Positions 31,464 to 43,600 of a stretch of DNA of 64,000 nucleotides are shown piece by piece. The notes beneath the pieces are model-generated. The model was not told the DNA's origin. It saw nothing but the letters and a program-made list of their open reading frames with translations, and ran no database searches. The DNA lies in IMG/VR virus record IMGVR_UViG_3300022841_000014, positions 2,724 to 66,723 of that record; one strand, written 5' to 3'. Position numbers and translations under genes: made by a program. Numbering within the stretch: position 1 is the first letter of the stretch; every line of letters begins with the position of its first letter. This DNA comes from a virus.

Positions 31464-32087
31464 ATGAAAAATATAAATCAAATAATGCAAAATGATGATC
31501 ATAATTTTAAAATTGGATTATTTTTAACACTGTTTTTATTTTTAACAATGCTTATAACAATACCTTTTTTAACAATATTATTTATTTTTTTATTAATTTT
31601 TATAATAACATTATATAACATAACAGATAAAGAACATTATCAAACTCTTATAAATGAAGACATAATACCTGAATGGTATTTAGTTTATAAAAGAAAAAAA
31701 GTTCTTGATAATTTTAAAAAATACCAAATTAAAACACCTGTTGTAAAAGTTTCATCACTTAATAATTGTCAAATTAAAACATATCATAATAGATCAGGTA
31801 AACTTAATGTAATATCAAATCCTTTTGATAATTGCCAAAATGTTTCTATAAGTAATTTTCAATCTTTATTAAATTCTTATTCTAAAAAAAATGAAATTAA
31901 TAAAATATTAGAAGACATAAAATTATATTATAATAAAAATATAATTGTTGTAGACATAAATAGTTATAAAGATTGTGATTTTGAAATATTTAAAAAAGAA
32001 TTTAATTTAAAAAATGTTAAAAAAATGCCATACGTTAGTACAAACGGTAGTGATATGATATTAATAAAATTTGAATTCTATATATAA
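31464..32087 (+). CDS. membrane-anchored hypothetical protein (paralog of 29644 ORF)
   Basis: N-terminal hydrophobic stretch plus the shared motifs. Confidence 0.7.
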   Translation: MKNINQIMQNDDHNFKIGLFLTLFLFLTMLITIPFLTILFIFLLIFIITLYNITDKEHYQTLINEDIIPEWYLVYKRKKVLDNFKKYQIKTPVVKVSSLNNCQIKTYHNRSGKLNVISNPFDNCQNVSISNFQSLLNSYSKKNEINKILEDIKLYYNKNIIVVDINSYKDCDFEIFKKEFNLKNVKKMPYVSTNGSDMILIKFEFYI

Positions 32088-32088
32088 T

Positions 32089-32129
32089 AAAAAAACCTTT
32101 ACTGCATTTAAGCGATAAAGGTTTTTTTT
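32089..32129. terminator. bidirectional terminator between convergent + and - strand gene blocks
   Basis: A-tract-CCTTTA...TAAAGG-T-tract at the strand switch. Confidence 0.8.
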
Positions 32130-32145
32130 AGACTTTTTAATATGG

Positions 32146-35100
32146 TTATTTAGCAGAATTTTCAAGAAAATTATAAAGTTCTTTTGGGTCACGTTCTGTT
32201 TGTGCAATCATTGGTATTAACTTTTTAAATTTAATCCAAGATTTTAATTCACCTCTATTTTTACCATTTTCATATTCTTCATCAATACTCCAAGGCATTA
32301 TTTGAGTCATAAAAGAATAAGTTTTTTCTAAAGTGTTAAGTGAAACTGCAGGTGATCTAAACACTCTAAGATTTTCACGTATATCGTAAAATTGCATAAA
32401 TTCTGATTGTTGTCTTCTAAATATGTAAGCTAATGTAAATAATAGATCATCATCATCTTCTTCAGCTGCTGCATATGTTAACATTGCTGCTGCTGCCATT
32501 ATACCTGTTATCATAAGTTCAGTTACTGTTTTTCTAACGTTAGATCTTTCCATATCAGACATTTCTTTCCAGTTTTCAGTAGCTAATTGTAATTTAAAAC
32601 TAGATACAGCTGGAAAGACAGAATGTCTCATAAATCTAATAAAGCTAGTGTAAGTACCTTCATCAAATCTTTTCATTTCATAATCATAAATTTTTTGTTC
32701 ATCTGTTAAATCTTTTGATTCAATTGTAGAATGCATAACACCTGCGTACCTACGTTTATAAGAACTTATCATCCATTTTCTAAACATCATAAATAGTTTA
32801 CCCCACCATGCTCTTTCTATATGTGCTTGCAATTTAGAATCATATTGACCGTGTAATTTAATAATTAATTTTCTTATTAATTGTTGATGATGTATTTCAC
32901 CAACTTCTCTTATTGGCTTAGAACTATGGGAACTAAATTCAGCATGTTTGTTTATTTCAACACTTGATACACCGTCTTTATCAGTTTTCATTTCATAAGC
33001 TTCATACAAAGACATTGCTTCTTTTTTAGTAACTACTTTACCATTTTTGTTTATAAATTTACCATCTTTGTTTTTAACTTTAGTAGCAGTCATTATAGCA
33101 ATCATTAATGTTGATTGAGCTTCATGTTCCCCCATTGCATTTAAAGAATGCATTGTTCCAGAATGAGCTAATGATCTTAATTTACTTTTATTTTCAAAAG
33201 CATTTTTAATAATGTTAAAATCACCCATTGTATCAAAAAGTTCATTTAATATATTAATTTTACTAGTATTAATAGTACTACCTACATCGTTTAATATTTT
33301 AGGTAATTCTTTCATATATATACCTTGTGCTTTTACTAAATCTTTTAAAGTAAATATATCAGCACCAGCTGCTTCAATCATATTTTGAAGTTTAGCTTGT
33401 ACAACGTTAGGTACAGCAGTCATTGCATTTAAAGCAAGTTGTAAATCAGCTGTATAACCAGCTATAGAATTTGAAACTTGATTTATACTAACTCCCATAA
33501 ATTTACCTGCATATACATCACTTATACCATAAATTCTGTTTTCAATCATTGATTGAACTTTTTTGTATAAATTAGAATCTTTACCAGGCATTTTTACAAG
33601 ATCTTCTTCTGATATAGTACCATCTTTTTTAAACATTGCAACAAATGCTTTTGTAGTAGAATTTCTTTTAATAACTTGTGAACCACTTATTACATGTAAC
33701 AACACATCAGCTTCTGCTTCTATTTCTTTTTTGTTATGATAATTTTCGGACATCATAGTGTCCATAGCAAGCATAGTACCCAAATCATATGATTGATCTT
33801 TTGCTTCTAATTTATTTCTATAGTAAACTGGAATAGAATGAATAGGTTTATTATTAAGATCAGTACGAGTACGTTCGTACATTGTATCTTCTTCTTCATT
33901 AATTACATTACCATATGTATCTTCATCTTTTCTTGATTTAAATACGTCACCAACGTTAGTTTTAATTGCGTTTAAAGCTTGACCACTTAATATTTTATCA
34001 CTAGTTGATTGGGTTATACCTCCCATTTTAATAAATATAGGACCTTTTTCTATTGGTTGATTAAATAAACTATTTATACCTACTGTTTTTTTATTATTTT
34101 CTTTTAACTGTTGAACATAAGAATCATAATATTCTTTTTGAACACCTGTTAAACTTTTATATTTAGGATTTAACCATTTAGAAATAGGTATTCCTTTTTT
34201 AAAGTTAGCTTTAATCCAATCTTTCTTTTCTTTTGAAACTTTTTTATGTTCTTTTTCTCCGTATTCTAACTTACTTAATTTATTTTGAAAATTTTCAAGT
34301 ATATCATTAAATTCACCTTTGTATTTAGTTATAAAATATTGATTATCTTTAGTAATATCAAGCATAAAATCATAACGTTTTTTATTAGAAGAACCTTGAA
34401 AATTAGCTTTTCTTTCTCTTACTGCTATTTTATTACGTTGAATAATAGAAGCTTTTCTTGTTTTTGCTTCTACAGTGTCTATTTTTTCGCTTAATATGCT
34501 AATTAAAGGATGGTCTATTAGTTTTTCACTTGAAAGTTGTAAATCAAGACTGCTGATATCCATATTAATAATGTCAAGACCTTTTCTTATTCTACTTCTT
34601 TTTTCAGCTTCTATAACTTCCATGTTTTCATTCATTTTATTGAAAACATATTCATCTTTAGTTATACCATAAGGCATTTCATTTCTATAATCAATTTTAT
34701 ATTGATCTTGATATTCAGTATTTACTCTATCAAATTTTATAGCTAATGGTTCAGTTAAAGCATCTCTCATTTTATTATCTAATGCTTTACTAACTTTTTT
34801 ATATTTTCCTACTACAAAAGTTAAAGTTTTATCTATTTTATTATAATCTTCTTGTGTAATTTTATCATACTTTTTTAAATTTATAAGTACGTTAGCAATA
34901 GCATCATTATTAGAAAATACAGCCATATAAGCTTTAAATCTACTTAAATAATTAAAATCAGGATTTTCTTTATTTTCTAAACCTTTTTCTAAACCTATTA
35001 ATTCAGTTACTGAAAATTCAAGATATTCAAGTATTGCTTTTTCTTTAGATTTATCTTGTAATTCTTTAAGTCTTTCTTGAATTTCTCTATATTTTTCTTT

Positions 35101-37668
35101 ATATTTACCACCTTTAGCATCTGCTGATTTAATTTTAACATCTTCAAGAGTTGCATAAATTCTAGTAATAAGACTTTTTACATTTGTTAAATTATCTATT
35201 AAATTTAATTCAATTTCTTCTTTAGTTCTAGTTTCTTTTTTACTACTTGTTCTTTTTTCAAAAGTCATGTTAAGAGATGACTGATTATTATCAGTATATT
35301 CTTCTGATGCAATGTCTATAATAGAATTTATAATTTGATCAACTTTAATAGAGTCGTATTTTTCAATATTTAATCCTAAAAATTGTTTAATTGCATTTAT
35401 AAATTGTTTCCATACAGATTCTTGACTTTCAACAGCTTTTAATTTACTTCTAAAAGCAGTGTTAGTCATTATTTCTGATGCAAATTCATTTATATCAGTA
35501 AAACCATAATTATCACCTTTTAAATCTTTATATTCAACAGCTTTAGTATAATAATCGTAAGCTTTTTGTATACTATTTCTAAAAGCAATTTGTTTATCAG
35601 TTTTAGGTTGATTAAGAGCTACAGCTGTTATGTCATGCGTTCCTTCATGTAATATAGACTCTATAGCATAATAAAGATTAGAGTCTCCTATAATGTCTTT
35701 ATTTATTAATATAGTACGAGTTAAACTATCATATCTACCAAAAACTTCATCTGTTAAAACTGCAGATGTTACAAATTTAATTTTAGATCTACTAGGTAAT
35801 AAAGCTTTCATTAAAGCTAAACCTTCTTCATTCATATTTATATTAGGATTAGAATATAAATTTCTAAGAAAATCATTTAATGTTGTAGGTTTAAATGTAC
35901 CATCAAACAATTGATTTAATACATCTGATTTGTTTTTATTTGTTTCTTCTTCTGATATGTTAGCAGGAGCTATTGAAACTTTTGTTTTGTCAAACGCAAA
36001 AGATTTGTATTCTTTTTTTTCAGATTGCTGACGTTCTAACTTTAAAGTAAATGATTGATTTGCATCTTCTAATTTTGTAGTAACTTCATTCCAAGTATTT
36101 CCAAATTCATCAGTAATTTCTTGAACACGTCCTTTGTATAATTTATTAAGAACACTAGTTAGTTTATTAGTATAAAAAGCTTCAACAGGTTTATTTTTTT
36201 CTAAACTTTCAGTTTCTAATTCTTGTCTTTTTTCTTTTGCTTTTTTAATAAAACCTTCTTTTGTTTTACTATATAAAATATAATCATTATTAATTTCTGC
36301 AGTATATCCTCCTGGTAATCTTTCATTACCTTTATTATAATATTTATCTGCATTATTAATTAAATCATCATATTTTATTAATTCTTGCATCAAGGTTTTA
36401 TGCTTTTGTACTTTAGCAGCAGTTTCACCTGTAGGAAATAATACTTTTGTATAACCTTTTTTAACACTATCTTGTACAATAGATTTTACAAAGAAATTAA
36501 CCCAATTACCTTCTTTGTTTAATAATTGTAAAAATTGATTATTATTATTTGAATTATTGTTTTTACTAGAAGATTCTAAATATTCTTCGTATTCTTCAAC
36601 CGTATCAAAGTTTTCAGAAATTAATTTTGTGTCTAAACTAGCATCATTAATAATTAAATCTTTTTTATCTCTATTTTTTTGAAATAAGTCAGATTGTAAT
36701 TCTAATATTCTACGTACTCCAGATTTTTCAACTTTTTCTAACTCAGATATTTCATATTCAGACATACCCTCATCTCTAAGAGCATCTTTACCCATCTCTG
36801 TTAGTTTATTTCTATTTTTAGATTGTTGTTCATCACTTCTAAACCATCCAATCATATTAGCAATTCCATTACTAAACTCATTAATATGAGCTATTGATTT
36901 GTTTATAATATTAGGAGTTTTTATAGCATTTTCTGTATAATTACTACCACCTGGAACTGTTAAAGTAGAATGATATGATGTGTTAGGAAGTACTTCATTA
37001 TATATTTTATCAAATTCTTTTTTTGTTATTTCAACTTTTCCCCCTCCATCATCAACACTTTTAAATTGATAATATATATTTCTATCACTATAATATTTAT
37101 ATAAACTATTATTAGCTTCAAATTCTACATCTTTAGAGTTATTTCTAGTTTGAGTTTTTTTAGCAATTTTAATTTCAACAGCAAAACTATTATCAGCTAA
37201 TAAAGATGTAATAATTTCTTCTCTATCAGTAATATTTTTATCTAATATAAGTTGTTTTTGCGCTTTAGGTATTTGAAGTTTTGTTAAAGTCTCATTAATA
37301 TCCCAACCATTCTTTTTACCTTTAGCAAATACTTGTATAGCTTTATCAGTATTAAGAATTTCTACAGCTGACAATTTATAATTAACATTATTACTGTTCC
37401 TAAACTTGTCAATAGCAATCATGTAACGATTATAAAGTTTATCTGATATTGTTATATTAACAGTACCAGGAAGATCAGTTACGTCGTTTCTTACGTAACT
37501 AATCATTTTTTCGTTTACTTTATCATTAATTCTTTTAATAGAATCTAAATCACTTTTATCAAATTTTTGAGTAACAGTTGCTACACCGTTAGTAATTTTA
37601 CTTATATTTTTTACTTCTCTTTGTACAAGATTTTGTACAGTTACATCTACGTCTAATTTACACGCCAT
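32146..37668 (-). CDS. giant virion/ejection polyvalent protein with zincin metallopeptidase domain
   Basis: 1840 aa; HEGTH...NEFASE zincin motif; adjacent to the vRNAP. Confidence 0.8.
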   Translation of the reverse strand: MACKLDVDVTVQNLVQREVKNISKITNGVATVTQKFDKSDLDSIKRINDKVNEKMISYVRNDVTDLPGTVNITISDKLYNRYMIAIDKFRNSNNVNYKLSAVEILNTDKAIQVFAKGKKNGWDINETLTKLQIPKAQKQLILDKNITDREEIITSLLADNSFAVEIKIAKKTQTRNNSKDVEFEANNSLYKYYSDRNIYYQFKSVDDGGGKVEITKKEFDKIYNEVLPNTSYHSTLTVPGGSNYTENAIKTPNIINKSIAHINEFSNGIANMIGWFRSDEQQSKNRNKLTEMGKDALRDEGMSEYEISELEKVEKSGVRRILELQSDLFQKNRDKKDLIINDASLDTKLISENFDTVEEYEEYLESSSKNNNSNNNNQFLQLLNKEGNWVNFFVKSIVQDSVKKGYTKVLFPTGETAAKVQKHKTLMQELIKYDDLINNADKYYNKGNERLPGGYTAEINNDYILYSKTKEGFIKKAKEKRQELETESLEKNKPVEAFYTNKLTSVLNKLYKGRVQEITDEFGNTWNEVTTKLEDANQSFTLKLERQQSEKKEYKSFAFDKTKVSIAPANISEEETNKNKSDVLNQLFDGTFKPTTLNDFLRNLYSNPNINMNEEGLALMKALLPSRSKIKFVTSAVLTDEVFGRYDSLTRTILINKDIIGDSNLYYAIESILHEGTHDITAVALNQPKTDKQIAFRNSIQKAYDYYTKAVEYKDLKGDNYGFTDINEFASEIMTNTAFRSKLKAVESQESVWKQFINAIKQFLGLNIEKYDSIKVDQIINSIIDIASEEYTDNNQSSLNMTFEKRTSSKKETRTKEEIELNLIDNLTNVKSLITRIYATLEDVKIKSADAKGGKYKEKYREIQERLKELQDKSKEKAILEYLEFSVTELIGLEKGLENKENPDFNYLSRFKAYMAVFSNNDAIANVLINLKKYDKITQEDYNKIDKTLTFVVGKYKKVSKALDNKMRDALTEPLAIKFDRVNTEYQDQYKIDYRNEMPYGITKDEYVFNKMNENMEVIEAEKRSRIRKGLDIINMDISSLDLQLSSEKLIDHPLISILSEKIDTVEAKTRKASIIQRNKIAVRERKANFQGSSNKKRYDFMLDITKDNQYFITKYKGEFNDILENFQNKLSKLEYGEKEHKKVSKEKKDWIKANFKKGIPISKWLNPKYKSLTGVQKEYYDSYVQQLKENNKKTVGINSLFNQPIEKGPIFIKMGGITQSTSDKILSGQALNAIKTNVGDVFKSRKDEDTYGNVINEEEDTMYERTRTDLNNKPIHSIPVYYRNKLEAKDQSYDLGTMLAMDTMMSENYHNKKEIEAEADVLLHVISGSQVIKRNSTTKAFVAMFKKDGTISEEDLVKMPGKDSNLYKKVQSMIENRIYGISDVYAGKFMGVSINQVSNSIAGYTADLQLALNAMTAVPNVVQAKLQNMIEAAGADIFTLKDLVKAQGIYMKELPKILNDVGSTINTSKINILNELFDTMGDFNIIKNAFENKSKLRSLAHSGTMHSLNAMGEHEAQSTLMIAIMTATKVKNKDGKFINKNGKVVTKKEAMSLYEAYEMKTDKDGVSSVEINKHAEFSSHSSKPIREVGEIHHQQLIRKLIIKLHGQYDSKLQAHIERAWWGKLFMMFRKWMISSYKRRYAGVMHSTIESKDLTDEQKIYDYEMKRFDEGTYTSFIRFMRHSVFPAVSSFKLQLATENWKEMSDMERSNVRKTVTELMITGIMAAAAMLTYAAAEEDDDDLLFTLAYIFRRQQSEFMQFYDIRENLRVFRSPAVSLNTLEKTYSFMTQIMPWSIDEEYENGKNRGELKSWIKFKKLIPMIAQTERDPKELYNFLENSAK

Positions 37669-37679
37669 AATTTATTTTT

Positions 37680-40600
37680 TTAACATTGTGGTTCATTTGG
37701 TACATCATTTTCACCAAATAAATCTAATTGTTCTCCTTCTTTTTGTTCATTATTAACGTTTAATAATTCTTTTTGTGCAAGATATAAACCTTTTAAAAAA
37801 GCTTTATCTATTAATTGATTAGTATTATGAGTAAATTTATTATATTCTAAAAGTTTTATAGCTGCTTCAGAATTTTTATTTTGTAAAAAGCTTTCTACAA
37901 CTAAATCTTTCATTATTTCTAAATTACCTTTTTTACCTTTTTCTGTTAATTTAGTTGTTATTTTTTTACCATAACCTCCTATTTTTACATAATTATCGTA
38001 AATAGTTTTATTAAAATTTCCATTTTTATTAGTTTGATAAGCATGTTCTACACTTCCATATTCTCTAAATATACCATCTACACTTTCATATGTAAATTTA
38101 CGAGATGCTAAATTAGATAATATCTTTGTAGATTTTTCAGATTCAGCTTGACCATAGTACACATTTATAGTTTTATTAGGAATTAATTTATCATTAGATT
38201 CTTGTAAAGATACAATATTTTCATCAGTTTTATTATTAATTAAATAATCCAATGCTGTAGCATGAGAAGGTTCTCCAAGTTCTTTATAATAAACAATAGC
38301 TTTATCTTTTAAAACACCTGATTTAAGTTGTTCTTGAATCCATTCTTTTCTTTCATTTAATTTATTATATATAGTACCATCAAGATTATTTAAATATTTT
38401 TCAGCAAAAGCATTGTTAACATCACCATTATCAAAAATCCAACTGATATAAGCTTTAACACTTTCTTTAGTAGATTTAGTAGCTATTAAACCTTTAGCTA
38501 TTTCAGTAGGTACAGAACTAAATGGATTGCCAAAATGAGTATTAGAATTATTAACTCTCATACTAAACACACCATCAATAGATTTAGCATAAGCTACACC
38601 TGCTTTTTGATATACAGATTTAAGAACTACATTATCAGTAGCAGTTTTATTTCCTAACTGTGAATAAATTTTAATAGTTTCTACATTTACATTTTGTAAA
38701 GATACATTATTTTCTTGACTTTCTACTGTTTCTTCAGATTCTTTTATCTCATTATTAAATATAAGATCTTTTAATTGATTTGTATTTTTATATTCTTGAG
38801 TTTCTAAAAAATGAGAAGTTTTACTCATATCAACAAATTCAAAGATTGCAAGCTGTTTATTTGCATTATCTTTAATTGGATTAACTCCAAAATTATTAAT
38901 TTCAAAACTACTATTTTCTTTACCGTATTCTTTATAATTTACTTTAGAAGATTTATTTTTATAACCTTTTAATTCTATTTGCTCATAGACAGGTCTATAT
39001 TCTTTGTTAAATTTCATATTACCTTTATATTCATATAAAAAGGTTGTATTTGCATCTAAATTTTTAGAATTAGTTTCTGTTTTAATATAAGGAGTGTAAG
39101 ATATTGTAGATTTATCAACTACCCCAAATTCATCTTCTCTACTGGATACTTGATAAGATTTTTGTGCACCTAATTCTTTAATAAAAACTAAATTATTAGT
39201 ATTATTTCCAATTTTTTGAATTAAATCACTATTAATTTGTCTTACAAGTTTATTATCATCATAATTATTCTGAGCATATTCTTTATGAAAACTTTGAGCA
39301 TAACTAGAGTTTCCCATTTCATTCATTTTTTCTTTAATAAATGCTTGAACTGATTGAAACTTAGTATTATTTATTTTATGATAATTTAAAAAGAATTCAT
39401 GGGGAATCATTTCATTAAAATCAATTAATGATTGATTAAATCCATTCATTAAAAATGATGCTTTAATAATATCTTTAGCTAATTTAAAATCTTGTTTATA
39501 AATATCATAAAAAGCATTTGATATATCATTTTTTTGATTTACTTCAAGTCTACCAATGTCAATACCAAAAGATTCATTATAAAAAGTTAAAGAATTAACA
39601 AAAGCATTGTCTGAATTTTCATTTTTATTATCTTTATATGCAACTAATCTTTCTTTTACATTTTTAACAAACTCAACAGGATTTCCTTCAACTTCTAATA
39701 CTTCATATTTAGACATTAAAGAAGTGTAAAGTTCTTTACTTAATTTAGATATCATTTTCTTATCACTAGATCTACCCATTGAACCACCATAAGAACCTGC
39801 TGTTGTCATTGAAATATTGTCTATAACATTTAAAAATTCTTTATTAGCACTAAGAAATATACTTGGATTAGCATTTAAAACATCAGATGCAAAAAATACA
39901 GAATTTTTTAATTGACTACCTAATGAAGTTAATACACCATCTCTAATGTATTTATCCATATGACCATTAATTTCACCTTTAGTTTCTTGTTTGTTAAATA
40001 ACTTTAATAAATTATTTTGATAAACTAACATATCTGAAAAATTTCTACCTGATCCTAATGTATCAAATCTAGAAAGGTTAACAGAAGCATCTAGTTTTTT
40101 AGATTGGTCTTGATATTCTTTAAATGTCATTAATAATTCTACATTTTTTCTTTTATCATCTTTTTCATTATAATTATTAGCAAGATCTTCATAAGAATAT
40201 ACTATTCTTTTTTGATTTTTAAGTTTTTCTATTTCTGCAATTATTAGTTTTTTATTATTTGTATTAATTAAATTAGCAACTGCATCATATAACATTGCAT
40301 CATAAGAAGACATTGATTTATATTTATCATCTTTTTTAACAGATATAGATTCAAAATCTTTTGTAAATTTAGTAAGCTCTTTTAATATTGGTTGACCCAT
40401 AAAAGCATCAGTCCAATAAGGATGTACACCCGCTCTAGTAAGCATAAATGCTACACCAGATGTGTATGTATTATAATTACCTAATTCTATGTAAGGATCT
40501 TTAGCATTATCAACAAAAGCATTCATAAAAGCAGATATAGTATCTCCTATTTTAAATGACATTAATGTTTCATAATTAACACTTTTGCCTGTTTTTTCTT

Positions 40601-43600
40601 TTATTCTTGCAGCAGCTATTTTAGCTTGATTTACAGTAAGTTTTACAGAATTAGAATTTCCTGTATCTGGATTATTATCAAATACAGTTTCATTATTTTC
40701 ATTTATAAAACCTACTCCTAAATTATAACCATTAAATCTAAGATTAACCATGTTTTTAGATATATTATGATCAACAGCCATGTTTGCTGATATACCAACA
40801 CCTGATTTACCTAACATGTAAGTATTTTTAAGTTCTACTTGGTATATACCATCATAAAACTTAAAATTTTCATTAACTTGTTTATCGCTATTTAAAGATT
40901 TAATGTGATTTTGTAAATAATCAAAATCAATAGGTTTAATAATTTCTGAATATGTAGATTTATTAGTTAATATAGACCAATACGAGTCAAATAACATATT
41001 GTTAAGACCTTTTGTAGAATCTCTATTAGATTCACTTTTAATTATTTTTCTAACACCACCTTCGTTTATACTTTCACTTAATGCTTTTGCTCCTTCTGAT
41101 TCACCTTTAACTAAATGATCTACTATTATATTAAAATAATCATTATTTAAAAGAGTTTCATCAGTAGCAGAAAACAATTTTACCATTTCTTCTTGTGATA
41201 AATCAATACCAGTATTTTCTACAAGTGCATCATAAAAATCAGTAATATTAAATACATCCGTAGTATCAGATACATTATCTTTTACTAATGTTTTTAAATA
41301 TTCTTTAGCAGCTTTATAAGTTTTTTTAGTATATAAAGTTTTAAGTTCAGGTAACATTACAAACATTTTGTCAATATCAAAGTCACTACCTGTCTTAGTA
41401 GTGATTTCAGTATAAGCTACAATGGTATCATTCATATGAGGAGGTAATATACCAACTATTTCTAAAGCGTCGTTAGAACTCATCCCTTGGTTTGGTATAC
41501 GATATCCAATTGCTTTTAAAACATCTTTACCAAGCATGTCTTTTAATTTTCCTTCTTTAGCTAACTGTCTATAGTTAGGAATAGCCTTAGCTATATCAGA
41601 ATGTGAAATAAATATTTGACCTGGTCTTTGTTTTATTGTAGTTATTTTAGTCCCATCTTCATTTGTTACTATATCTTCATATAATGTAGGTGGTTTTAAT
41701 TCATTCTTTTCAGCTAACCAAGTTACACCTTGTTCATCAGCTGTAACAATATCTAAACCATAGTTAGACATTTGTATAAATGATCCACCGTTTGTTTTAA
41801 TATTACTTGCTGCTTTTCTTATTTTAGAAAATAATATAGAATACATTTTATCCCTCATTGAAGGCATTGCTTCAATTAACATTTTCTTATTTACAGCATC
41901 TTTCATGTTATCTGTATAATCTTCAGGGTTGTCATTAATTTCACCCTGTATGATATCATACATTTTATCAGAATTTATTTTATTATCAGCACCTTTTTCT
42001 AATAATTTAGAAAGTTTGTTTATACCATTGTTAGAAAGATCTGATAAAATACTATTTATATGATCTATAATACCAAAACCTTGATAGTCAACACCATCAA
42101 CATCATACACTTCATCTTTTTTTACTGTTGAGTATATGTTTTTTTGTATTTGAGAACCAAGTAATGTTTGTTTCATTAATTTAACTGGAAGATCTTGTTG
42201 AAGTTTCCATTCAAAATTATTTAAAACTTGAATATTAAAATTTATTTTATCACCAGATATATCAGTTGGTATATCGGCTCCTACTTTTACACCATCAAGA
42301 GTAACAGCTTCATCAATTTTTTGCTCAATCATTTGATTATAAAAAGACTCTAATTTAGAACCTTTAACAAGCATTGGTGTAAGAACCGCTTGTGAATATT
42401 TCATATAAGTAGGAGCTCCATTTACTACACCGTAATAAACACCTTTTAATGGTTGTGCTGATAACTTAAGTTCAGAAGATGTAAAAGGTTCTTTATTTTT
42501 TTCAATCATTTTATCATAAACTACATTATGAGCATCTGTCCATTTACCTGTTCTTTCAAGAATAAATTTCCATCTCATAGGTGTAATCCATGCTTGTGCA
42601 TCTGTTTGATTTACCCCTTCTTTGTAAGCACCTATTATAGATTTTCTTTCTGATTCTTTTTCTATACCAGCTAGTTTTAATGAATCATCTAAATTATCGT
42701 AAAATTTAGAATCAACTATTTGATTTTCAACTACTGACATATTAAAAGTTTCATCACCTTCTGTTAAACCTAATCTTAAATATGTACCATCTGTATAAGT
42801 TGCAGGTACACGCTTAAAGAAATCTACCATATTTTTATAATAAGCAGGATCTCCAGTAAATAATTTAGTATACTCTACATTTGCTATAATAGTATTGATA
42901 GCATAATCAGATACCATTTGATACAAAGAAGCTCTTGTAAACACACCGTTTTCTGCACCATAACTTCTTCTTATTTGATTATCAATAGCAGCAAAAGTAT
43001 AAGCGTTTTCACCAGTTTTTTTAATTATACCTTTAGACATTAAATCGGTTACATTATCACCAACTCTATTTGTCATCATTTTATTTAAAATATTAGTTAT
43101 AACATCTTTATGATCTTCATTTAATGAATCTTTTTCTAAATAACTAGGTGAACCATCTTTATTAAATATATTAGAACCAACTAATTTAGATTGTAAAGTA
43201 TTATAGTTAATTTCAGGTGATATTTGAGAAACAAAAGCTTGACCTAATAATTTTTTAGAAGTTTCTTTGCTATTTTCATATTCTTCAAATGTTTTTAAAA
43301 ATATATCTTTACCATTATTATCCTTGTAAGAACCTATATTACCTCCTTTATCTGTGTGATAATGTATTTTTAATTTACTATATTCTTTGTTTTTTAAATC
43401 ATCATAAGCTTCAACCATTCTATTGTATTCATCTGTAAAATAATTGTAAAAAATGTCTTTAGTTTTTTTAGAAAAATCCATATCTTCAAAACTTTTCATT
43501 TCAGCTAATGTTTCATTCATAAACAAGCCTATTTTAATTTCATAAGCAGTGTTTTTATCAGCAGGTAATATAGTAGAATAAATAGGCTTTACAGATTGAG

